Of a stretch of 64,000 bases of DNA, positions 12,001 to 20,825 are shown piece after piece; the first letter of the stretch is position 1; each line of letters opens with the position of its first letter. Source of the DNA: Mobula birostris (Eukaryota); assembly GCF_030028105.1 (NCBI RefSeq), contig NC_092370.1, forward strand, positions 114,230,443-114,294,442. Direction: 5' to 3'. The notes under the pieces are model-generated. The model saw nothing but the letters and a program-made list of their open reading frames with translations. It searched no databases and was not told where the DNA came from. The position numbers and the translations under genes are program-made.

Positions 12001-14742
12001 ACTCCATCCTCCTGCCTAGTCTCAGGCCTGAAGTCTCTAGCCTCCTGCCTAGACTCAAGGTTGAAGACTCCAGCCTCCTGCCGAGTATCAAGACTGAAGA
12101 CTCCAGCGTTCTGCCTAGCCTCAAGCCTGAAGACTCCAGCCTCCTGCCTAGCCTCAAGCCTGAAGAATCCGGCCTCCTGCCAAGCCTGTATCCTGAAGAC
12201 TCCAGCTTCCTGCCTGGCCTCTAAGCTGAAGACTCCAGCCTGCTGCCTAGCCTCAAGCCTGAAGACTCCGGACTCCTGCCTAGCCTCAAGCCTTAAGACT
12301 CCAGCCTCCTGCCTAGCCTCAAGCCTGAATACTCCAGCCTCGAGCCTAGCCTCAAGCCTGAAGACTCCAGCCTCCTGCCTAGCCTCAAGCCTTAAGACTC
12401 CAGCCTCCTGCCTAGCCTCAAGCCTGAATACTCCAGCCTCCAGCCTAGCTTCAAAACCGAAGACTCCAGCCTCCTGATTGTCCTGAAACTTGAAGAGTAC
12501 AGCCTCCTGCCAAGCCTCAAGCCTGAAGACTCTAGCCTCCTGTCTAGCTTTAGGCCTGAAGACTCTAGCCTCCTGCCTGGCCCCAAGCCTGAAGACTCCA
12601 GCCTCCTGCCGAGCCTCAGGCCTGAAGACTCCAGCCTCCTGCCTAGCCTGAAGATTGAATACTCCATCCTCCTGCCTAGTCTCAGGCCTGAAGTCTTCAT
12701 CCTCCTGCCTAGCCTCAAGGTTGAAGACTCCAGCATCCTGCCTAGCCTCAAACCTGAAGACTCCTGCCTGCTGCCTAGCCTCAGGCCTGAAGACTCCAGC
12801 CTCCTGCCTAGCCTGAAGATTGAATACTCCATCCTTCTGCCTAGTCTCAGGCCTGAAGTCTTTAGCCTCCTGCCTAGACTTAAGGTTGAAGACTCCAGCC
12901 TCCTGCCGAGTATCAAGCCTGAAGAATCCGGCCTCCTGCCAAGCCTCTATCCTGAAGACTCCAGCTTCCTGCCTCGCCTCTAAGCTGAAGACTCCAGCCT
13001 GCTGCCTAGCCTCAAGCCTGAATACTCCAGCCTCCAGCCTAGCTTCAAAACCGAAGACTCCAGCCTCCTGCCTGGCCTGAAACTTGAAGAGTACAGCCTC
13101 CTGCCTAGCCTCAAGCCTGAAGACTCTAGCCTCCTGCCTAGCTTTAGGCCTGAAGACTCTAGCCTCCTGCCTGGCCCCAAGCCTGAAGACTCCAGCCTCC
13201 TGCCGAGCCTCAGGCCTGAAGACTCCAGCCTCCTGCCTAGCCTGAAGATTGAATACTCCATCCTCCTGCCTAGTCTCAGGCCTGAAGTCTTCATCCTCCT
13301 GCCTAGCCTCAAGGTTGAAGACTCCAGCATCCTGCCTAGCCTCAAACCTGAAGACTCCTGCCTGCTGCCTAGCCTCACGCCTGAAGGCCCCAGCCTCCTG
13401 CCTAGCCTGAAGATTGAATACTCTATCCTTCTGCCTAGTCTCAGGCCTGAAGTCTTTAGCCTCCTGCCTAGACTCAAGGTTGAAGACTCCAGCCTCCTGC
13501 CGAGTATCAAGACTGAAGACTCCAGCGTTCTGCCTAGCCTCAAGCCTGAAGACTCCTGCCTGCTGCCGAGCTTCAAGCCTGAGGAATCCAGCCTCCTGCC
13601 TAGCCTCAAGCCTGAAGACTCCAGCCTCCTGTCTAGCCTCAAGCCTGACTACTCCACCCTCCTGCCTAGCTACAAGCCTGAAGACACCAGCCTCGAACCT
13701 AGCCTCTAGCCTGAAGACTCCAGCCTCCTGCCGAGCCTCAAGCCTAAAGTCTCAAGCCTTCTGCTTAGCCTAAAGCCTGAAGACTCCAGCCTCCTGCCTA
13801 GCCTCACGCCTGAAGACTCCAGCCTCCTGCCTAGCCTCACGCCTGAAGACTCCAGCCTCCTGCCTAGCCTCAAGGTTGAAGAATCCAGCCTCTTGCCTAA
13901 CCTCAAGTTTGAAGACTCCAACCTCCTGCCTAGCCTCAAGCCTGAAGACTGAAACCTCCTGCCTAGCCTCTAGCCTGAAGAATCCAGACATCAGCCTCGC
14001 CTCAAATCTGAAAACTACAGCCTCCTGCCTAGCCTCAAGCCTAAAGTCTTCAGCCTGCTGCGTAGACTCAAGTCTGAGCACTCCAGCTTCCTGCCTAGCC
14101 TGATGCCTGAAGACACCAGCCTCCTCCCTAGCCTCAAGCCTGAAGAATGCAGCCTCCTGCCTAATCTCAAGTCTGAAGACTCCAGCCTCCTGCCTAGCCT
14201 CTAGCCTGAAGACTCCAGCCTTCAACCTAGTCACGCGTCTGACGAATCCAGCCTCCTGCCAAGCCTCTAGACTGAAGAATCCAGCCTCCTGCCTAACCGG
14301 ATGAGTGAGGACTCCAGAGTCCTGCCTAGCCTCAAGCCTGAAGACTCCAGCCTCATGCCTAGTCTCAAGCCTGAAGACTCCAGGCTCCTGCCTAGCCGGA
14401 TGAGTGAGGACTCCAGAGTGCTGCCTAGCCTCAAGCCTGAAGACTCCAGCCTCATGCCTAGTCTCAAGCCTGAAGACTCCAGGCTCCTGCCTAGCCTCAA
14501 TCCTGATGTCTCCAGCCTCCTGCCTAGCCGCAAGCCTGAAGACTCCTGCCTCCTGCCTAGCTCAAGCCTAAAGACTCCAGCCTGCTGCTTAGTCTCAAGC
14601 CTGAAGACTCGAGCCTCCCGCCTAGCCTCTAGCCTGAAAAATCCACACATCAGCCTAGCCTCAAATCTGAAATCTACAGCCTTCTGCCTAGCCTCTAGCC
14701 TCGCCTCTAGTCTCTAGCCTCAAGCCTGAAGACTCCAGCCTC
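1..14742. repeat. 33-bp tandem minisatellite (consensus GCCTGAAGACTCCAGCCTCCTGCCTAGCCTCAA), ~447 units, running off the left edge; nested sub-repeats and a ~6.2-kb higher-order repeat
   Basis: The unit is directly visible. ORF-track peptides are 11-aa periodic (LKPEDSSLLPS, SLKTPASCLAS, RLEARQEAGVF, SGLRLGRRLES). Rare variants recur at offsets of 6196-6262 (ORFs 1842 vs 8038, 4016 vs 10278, 5733 vs 11995). Confidence 0.98.
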
Positions 14743-14999
14743 GTGGTGCCTGCCGGCCAAGCCTCGTCCTTGCCTAGTTCTGTGGTTCGAGCCAGAGGCA
14801 AGACCCAAGTACTGGGTCCTTATTCAGTCTCCGGCTCGGAGTCCAAGCCCGGGCTCCTAGCTCTCTTGCCCAGTCGTGTTCCGGGTACCCGGTTTTCGTT
14901 TACATGTCGTTGGCCTCACCCTGAATCTTAGTTCTGTCCCTAGTACTTCACTGTCTGTGTCTTGCACTTGGGTCCGTTCCTAGCCACCTCCTTATGACA
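14743..14999 (-). mobile_element. Unique terminus of an LTR-like element that appears to host the minisatellite
   Basis: The minus strand starts TGTCATAAGGAGGTGGCTAGGAACGGACCCAAGTGCAAGACAC at 14999, a TG start resembling fish Gypsy-type LTR ends. The flank from 15000 aligns with 44491 of the paralogous copy, where the sequence is uninterrupted. The other end is outside the window. Confidence 0.6.
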
Positions 15000-15189
15000 C
15001 CTGTCGTGTGAAATCAAAATTGGACTTTCATCTTTCTCGGCCTTTAACTCGATGGCCAGTTCTATCTTTTTCTAAAATCACATAAAAACGGATAGTCAGT
15101 GATCGCAGAGCGCCACCCAACCCCCGCCTCACCAACCGTCACCTGCTCTGCCCAATTTTCCACCTGGAGATTAATTTTTTTCCTCGTTT

Positions 15190-15410
15190 TTAATTTATTG
15201 CGATATAGCCAGGAATAGGCCCTTCCGGCACTTCGAGCAATTCCCGATTTAATCTTTTGATAATCACGGGATAATTTATAATGACCGATTAACGTACCTA
15301 CTGGTACGTTTTTGAAATTTGGGAGGAAACCGGAGCACCCGGAGGAACCGGGAGAAGTAGAAACTCCTTACAGGCCGGCGGGAATTAAATCCAGTGCTAA
15401 TTATGACGCT
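15190..15410 (-). mobile_element. tRNA-derived V-SINE (HE1-like) remnant; paralog at 44680-44900
   Basis: Minus strand carries the V-SINE core GGTTCCTCCGGGTGCTCCGGTTTCCTCC and a CR1-like 3' tail. Confidence 0.6.
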
Positions 15411-16324
15411 ACTACTTTTTGGAGAGGTAATCTACATATAATTTGAGAAAATTGTCATGGACGCATTTAACTATGGTGTACCATAAATGATATGTGACTC
15501 GCAGCAGTGGTTATAGCTGCCTTAATCTTTCTTGGTGGTAGACTGTGAGTTTGAGAGGAGCTGTCAGAGGAACCTGAATAAATAACTATAGTGCATTAAG
15601 TAGCCTAGACGTATTACAGATATATCAGTGTAGCTAGTAACAAGAATGAATCTTCAGAACAGTTGGTTGCTGCTAGTGCAAGGAATTGCTTTGTTTTGGA
15701 GTGCATTGAGCTTGTTTAATGTTGTGTGAGACAGACTCATGCACCTAAACGGGAAGAACGTCATTAACAGATAATGGAAAGGCTTTGAAATGCCAGGAAG
15801 TGTGTTGTTTGACCCAGAATACCCAGCTACATTTAAATGTCAAAGTTCAAAGTAAAACTTATTTCAGAGCCACCACCTACAACCCTGAGATCCTTTTTTT
15901 CTGCGGGCATACATGTTATCCCAGTGTTTCTGTGGCTGGTCCGGTTGTATTTCCGGTCATTCAATATCAAGGATAGTTAACTGGAAACACTTGCTGGAGA
16001 TGGCCATATCTGTACACTTGTGACAAGGTAATAAATTTAGTAATGAAGCAACTGAAAATGTAGAGGTCTAGGAAAAGACTTCCAACCTCCCACCTTTCAG
16101 CGCTTTAATACTCCAGTCCTTGGGGTTTTCTCCACTTTGTCCACTGACTTGAGTTTTTGTCAGGGCTACTGGGACTACAGTAAACCAAATACTGTCCTGT
16201 TATCAAAAGCAGTCTCTCTCACCTCATCCCTAGAGTACAGTTCTTTGGTCCCTGTTTTGTGTTGTAAATAGCCAGATTGGATTTGCCTGGCTTTATATTA
16301 ACAGAACGTCACTAGGGAATTTTA

Positions 16325-16610
16325 TTTCTTTATTTAGTGATACAGTGTAGATTAGGCCCTTCCGGACTTCGGGTCACGCCGCCCCAGCAACCCCCGACAA
16401 CCTCGATGAACCCTAACCTAATCACGAACAATTTACGATGATCAGTTAACCTACTCCGTACGTCTTTAGATAGTGAGAGGAAACCGGAGTACCCGGCGAA
16501 AACCCGTGCATTGCACGGGGAGGAACTGCAGAGACTCCTTACAGGCAGCGCCAGAACTGAACTCCAAACTCCGAACCTCTGAGTTGTAATAGCGTCGTGC
16601 TAACCGCTAG
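16325..16610 (-). mobile_element. tRNA-derived V-SINE (HE1-like); paralog at 45805-46080
   Basis: Plus strand GGAAAACCGGAGTACCCGG...GACTCCTTACAGGCAGCG...GAACTGAACTCC is the reverse of the SINE core and B-box; AT-rich tail at the left end. Confidence 0.62.
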
Positions 16611-17804
16611 GTTCTCGGGGCACGTAGTTTCCCATCTAATGGGTCAATGTTGTAACTGTATGAAAGCAACTTGACTAAAAACAAAGCCGGTTCTTCACCG
16701 CAGGTGTTCATTACAGCAGTCAAATATTGTCTTGTCTCTAAGCGTTTGCTGAATCCAGTTCTCTCGATTATTCATTAATACCACGTGAAAAAATTCAAAA
16801 CCGCATTCCTATGCAACCTGTACGATGCCCATGACAGTGCTGCAAGTTCCTACAATGTTCGTGCTGAGTGCACTCCAGCACGCATCCCGGGTCAAGTTGG
16901 TCCAGATTTTCTGCAATATGCAATCATCTTACTCCGGTGCCATATGAGGAAGTGTCTGGTCAACTTACATTACTTACAGTCAAGCACTAGGTTCCTCTAT
17001 CACAATGCCTGGGTACCTCATACCTCACAGACACAGTTAGCATCAGAGTGGTGTAACAGTGAGTGTCCTCCACTTTGACATCAGATCCAATATTTCTTCG
17101 TCTAAGGCCAAACCGTCGAGGATCCATTTTCTTGATTGCCACCTACCATCGCCCATTGGCTGATGGCTTCTCTGGAAGAATTGCCAAGAGTATCAAGAGC
17201 ACAAAAAGTACTCTCGGTGAGGGCCTTCCATGTTATAGAAAAGAGTGCAATATGGCACAATATAGGCCCTCCGGTCCATAATGTTGTGGTGATCCTTTAA
17301 CATATGATAAATAAATCTGAAACTGAATCGGAAATTTTGTGCAATCTGCACCGAGTGAAGTGGCAGATGTCTGCCTGTCTGTCTGTTGCAGGAAGTTCTC
17401 GTTCGTAAGGAGAGGGTTCGGGGATTGAGAAATCTGTGGTTAACGCTCAGCGCTCCGCGCCGGAAGATCACCGACTATATGCTTATCCCTGCCGCACCTC
17501 CGGCCAGGCCACGCAGCGTATTTCGGTTGACAGACCCTTTACCTTAGCTTCCAAAGGGGAGAGTCCCGGGAATGGGCAACGCCATGGTTGCAAGCTTGTC
17601 CCTAAAGCTGAATTCTTTCATTCTTTCTAATGGAATTGGGTAGACGTCAGGACCAGCTGCTTCTATCCCTGCCTCTTGTGCAGTCTCCAACTCCTGCCCG
17701 CCAGATATGGGTAAGCGCAAGTCTAGCTGGGGGCAGGGGGGTGGTGGGTGGGGGGTCGCTGCAGCCTCCGGATCGGCGGTTCCGTTTGACTGGCTACTCG
17801 TCGA

Positions 17805-17842
17805 GCTTTTTGTGCAGAGATTGCTTTCTATTACATACTGTG
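17805..17842 (-). other. RSS of V-A1: heptamer CACAGTA (17842-17836), 22-nt spacer, nonamer ACAAAAAGC (17813-17805)
   Basis: Lies directly after the YYCAYWV codons and matches the CACAGTG/ACAAAAACC consensus; 23-type RSS with a 22-nt spacer. Confidence 0.9.
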
Positions 17843-18266
17843 TAAACCCAGTAGGCGCAGTAATAGGCGGCAGCGCTTTCAGCGTTAACTTCGATTGTGA
17901 GCTGGACAATGGAATTTGTAATCTTTACGGCGTTGAAGGATTTCCCGAATCCCGAATCCCGCGTTACGCCATCTCCATAGTACAGTATCCTTTGGGGAGG
18001 CTTGCCGGGTTTCTGTTGGTACCAGTGAAGGGGATAACTGCTGCTGACGGAGACTCCATTCATTTGACAAAAAATTCGCGCCCTTGTCCCAATAGGTGCG
18101 GTAATCGATGCTTTCGGCTGGGTCAGGGTCTGAGCCACACTTCTACCTGCAAAAAGAGCAGAAAATGTAAAAGAGTCCGCGCGGCGGGAAGGAGCGATAA
18201 AAGTTGAAGAGGTGTTGGTAACGCACAGCTGAAAAGCAGCACCACGAACCAGGGACCCTGCCACAT
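17843..18266 (-). CDS. TRGV: TCR gamma-type V segment V-A1, apparently functional. Leader exon 18266-18227, 80-nt intron, V exon 18146-17843
   Basis: Spliced product MWQGPWFVVLLFSCRSVA-QTLTQPKASIT...RIFC...LHWYQQKPGKPPQRILYY...YYCAYWV. GT/AG phase-1 splice sites, both Cys and the Trp present, RSS present. PQRILYY and YYCAxW are TRGV-like. No J/C between the V segments, which fits a translocon. Confidence 0.88.
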
Positions 18267-18269
18267 GCT

Positions 18270-18460
18270 TGTTGCGCCGGGTCAGTGTTTGGAATCTGAA
18301 AGGAACCGCAGTTTATCAGCTTTTGTTGTCGAGGCTGAACCCGCCTCAGTTGCTATCCCGAGCAGTGTCCAAATCACTTCTTGACAGCAGACTGGTAGCG
18401 CCGCCTTTCTTAGGGGGCGGGTGTCAGGGGGTGGGGCACGCCCCGGTTGATTTCTTCCTT
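18270..18460 (-). promoter_or_regulatory. Putative V-A promoter conserved in both copies (paralog 47010-47200), with a GATA site (TGATAA on minus) and GGAA ETS-like motifs
   Basis: The first ~80 bp upstream of the ATG are nearly identical between copies. Motif calls are pattern matches only. Confidence 0.45.
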
Positions 18461-18885
18461 TCAGCAATAGGAGAAGGTTACTTGAATGCCCGTCAACGCA
18501 CTCGGCCCCTCGGTCCTATTTGCACAATTTATTCCGAATATAGCAAGACAGGCAATATTAGTGGAGTGATGCAGATTTAAAATTTACGATGTCGAAATTT
18601 CAGAAATATATCTACCATACCCTAATCCTCTGGTGTTTCCTAATCTCGTTCCAGCTCCTCGACCCTCACTGTCAGCAAGATCCTCCTGTCTCTTGTGATA
18701 CCTCTCAATGTGAACCCCTCAACTTTCTCGTTTGCGTGGTCATTGACGAGCATCGTTTATGTCAACATTTCTTTGTTCAGCTCTGCGTCCTGATGGTGAA
18801 TCAGAGTGAGAATCAAGCTTATTACCACTGACGTAAGTCGCGAAATAAGTTGTTTTGCGACAGTAGTACGGTGCAAGACAGAAAC

Positions 18886-19110
18886 NNNNNNNNNNNNNNN
18901 NNNNNNNNNNNNNNNNNNNNNNNNNNNNNNNNNNNNNNNNNNNNNNNNNNNNNNNNNNNNNNNNNNNNNNNNNNNNNNNNNNNNNNNNNNNNNNNNNNNN
19001 NNNNNNNNNNNNNNNNNNNNNNNNNNNNNNNNNNNNNNNNNNNNNNNNNNNNNNNNNNNNNNNNNNNNNNNNNNNNNNNNNNNNNNNNNNNNNNNNNNNN
19101 NNNNNNNNNN
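18886..19110. other. Assembly gap (225 N)
   Basis: Run of N. Confidence 1.
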
Positions 19111-19570
19111 CCATCCCATAGGATGATGATGGTTCCTTTCAGTCAGTTAGTGGGGTTTATACCCCACTCAGAAAGGAACAGCGTGTGCGTGAATGGATTT
19201 TAGGTGAGTAGGGTATTGCACAGGTCCAGACCCACCCTCTCGAATTCCCCTTCCGGATCCAGCGGCATGGTGGGGTCGAAGACGGCTGGAGGAATCTGTT
19301 GCAGTGACTGGCCAGACCAAGCTTCGATGCAAGTGATGCCCTTTCTGCGCTTCATGGCACGTGCCTGCTAGATGACCGTTGACCCTACATAAGGGTTCAT
19401 CCGCCCTTTGACAGGTCTTGTTTTCGTCTTGCAGGGTGTCTAGCCACCCTGCTCACCAGGCAAGCCTGGTGGGGGAGCCGGTTTAGTCGCCGAGCACCCG
19501 ACCATGCGACAGGTAGTACTGGGTTACATGGTATCAGTCGCACTCGGACGAGTGACCGGACACTAAGTAT
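19111..19570 (-). mobile_element. 5' region of an RTE-like LINE, specific to copy 1; its 3' part falls in the gap
   Basis: Minus strand CTGGTGAGCAGGGTGGCTAGACACCCTG...CAAGACCTGTCAAAGGGCGGATGA resembles RTE 5' UTRs. The paralog reads through at 47614-47638 with no insert. Confidence 0.5.
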
Positions 19571-19574
19571 CCGT

Positions 19575-19990
19575 TACAAAACTAATAAATGAGAAGAAGA
19601 CGATTGAGCTAGTGTTCATGCCTTGAAGGGCTGTTCAGAAATCTGATGGCCGGGGAAGAAACGGTTGTTAAAATGTTGAGTGTAGTTCTTTGGACTCTTA
19701 TGCCTCTTCCCGATGGTAGAAAGGGGAATGGTGTCCCGGATGGTGAGGGTCTTTAATAATGAGTGCCGCCTTGTTGAAGCACTACCTCTTAAAATGTCCC
19801 CGATGGCGGGGATGGTTCTGCCCGTGAGGGATCTGGTTCAGTCTACAACCCTCTACAACCTCTTGCATTGCAGGAGCTATACAAGCTGGATATTTTGTGT
19901 GATATATCTGTAAAATTTTTCCAGGAGTCTCTGCTGACATACCCAAACTCAAACTCCGAATGAAGTAGTGTCGCCTGCGGTTTCACCCTG
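19575..19990 (-). mobile_element. Rex1/Babar LINE 3' remnant; paralog at 47630-48060
   Basis: AAATCTGATGGCCGGGGAAGAAAC...CTCTTCCCGATGGTAG is the typical reverse of the Rex1 RT C-terminus. Confidence 0.6.
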
Positions 19991-20081
19991 AAACAATGAA
20001 TTTACATCTCTCCCACGGGCCATTAAAAGCGTGGTCAAGTAGGGCCGAAGGGCTTGTATCTGTGCAGTATAACGAATGTAG

Positions 20082-20576
20082 GAATCGGAGAACAGGGGTC
20101 CATGGGGTTGTGGTATGGAGTAGTTGCTGAGGCCTGGGGCATATTAGCTATGATCGTATTGAATGCTGGGGCAGGACTGCGGACCTGGTGGCCTCGTCCT
20201 TCAGTTCTTCTTCTGATGCCGTTTCCTTGTCTCCTGGTGTGTCGAGGAAATCTGGGGAAGTGAATACAGCTGCTTGCGCATTGAACCTTTTCGCCATTGA
20301 ATAATTCTTATAAGTTATTTTTACATTGAAACCCGAAATTAAAGCAGTATTAGAGGCAGACTTTACTAAATTCTTGACAAATTTTAAGTTGGATTCTCGT
20401 GAAATACCTACTGGAATTTTACTGCATGAAGGGCATCACATAAATGTAATTCTATAAATGTATTGTTTATATGGTCACTAGGTTTCAGAATACTCAATTA
20501 TATCAAAGTTCCTGCTTTTGTCGAGCACTGCACCCTGCCCATGGCGGCAGTGGTCTCGCCACCTACTGATGACTGA
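20082..20576 (+). pseudogene. Decayed coding-like sequence of unknown origin, copy 1
   Basis: With frameshifts it translates ...PWGCGME*LLRPGHISYDRIECWGR...GEVNTAAC...TLKPEIKAVLEADFTKFLTNFKLDSREIPTGILLHEGHHINV..., colinear with copy 2. Confidence 0.4.
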
Positions 20577-20825
20577 CCTCCGCAGAATGATGTTCATTTC
20601 TTACCCGGTTCTACTTCTGTAGGAGAGGATTTTGGCGACACCTTCAGCCACTCCATGCTGTTACCAGCCATTCCCTCCATTGTCCCATCAAGACGACCAA
20701 AGTCAAATTGAAATTCAGCATCCATCGTCATGTGTTTGATTAAACTCTACCCCTCGCGCACTCTATGCATATCCAGACAATGGACAAACTCAAGGCCTAA
20801 TCGAAAGGAAATGAAATTGATCAGT

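Noticed and set aside
341-14717. Dozens of ORFs (up to 361 aa) in the array as a repetitive protein gene
   Set aside because: A 33-nt unit leaves two frames per strand stop-free by arithmetic. The ORFs overlap on both strands, shift frame often, and show no splice or domain evidence.
1-14742. CRISPR-like array
   Set aside because: Head-to-tail repeats with no unique spacers, no cas genes, and a vertebrate context.
15000-17800. J segments or C exons on the RSS-facing side
   Set aside because: By eye I found no FGxG motif with a 12-RSS and no C1-set exon here or between the V genes; a tool-based search could still find degenerate ones.
17794-18264. ORF-track single-exon versions of the V genes (also 46513-47004, 35959-36321, 59969-60433)
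   Set aside because: They start at GTG or internal codons and read through the leader intron or the RSS; the spliced models with true ATGs fit better.
17843-18266. Ig lambda-like light-chain assignment for V-A (QTLTQP start, 23-type RSS)
   Set aside because: Tandem V segments without J-C do not fit shark Ig clusters, and PQRILYY / YYCAxW fit TRGV better. Less likely rather than excluded without a phylogeny.
18740-19203. ORFs spanning the N run
   Set aside because: Artefacts of translating Ns.
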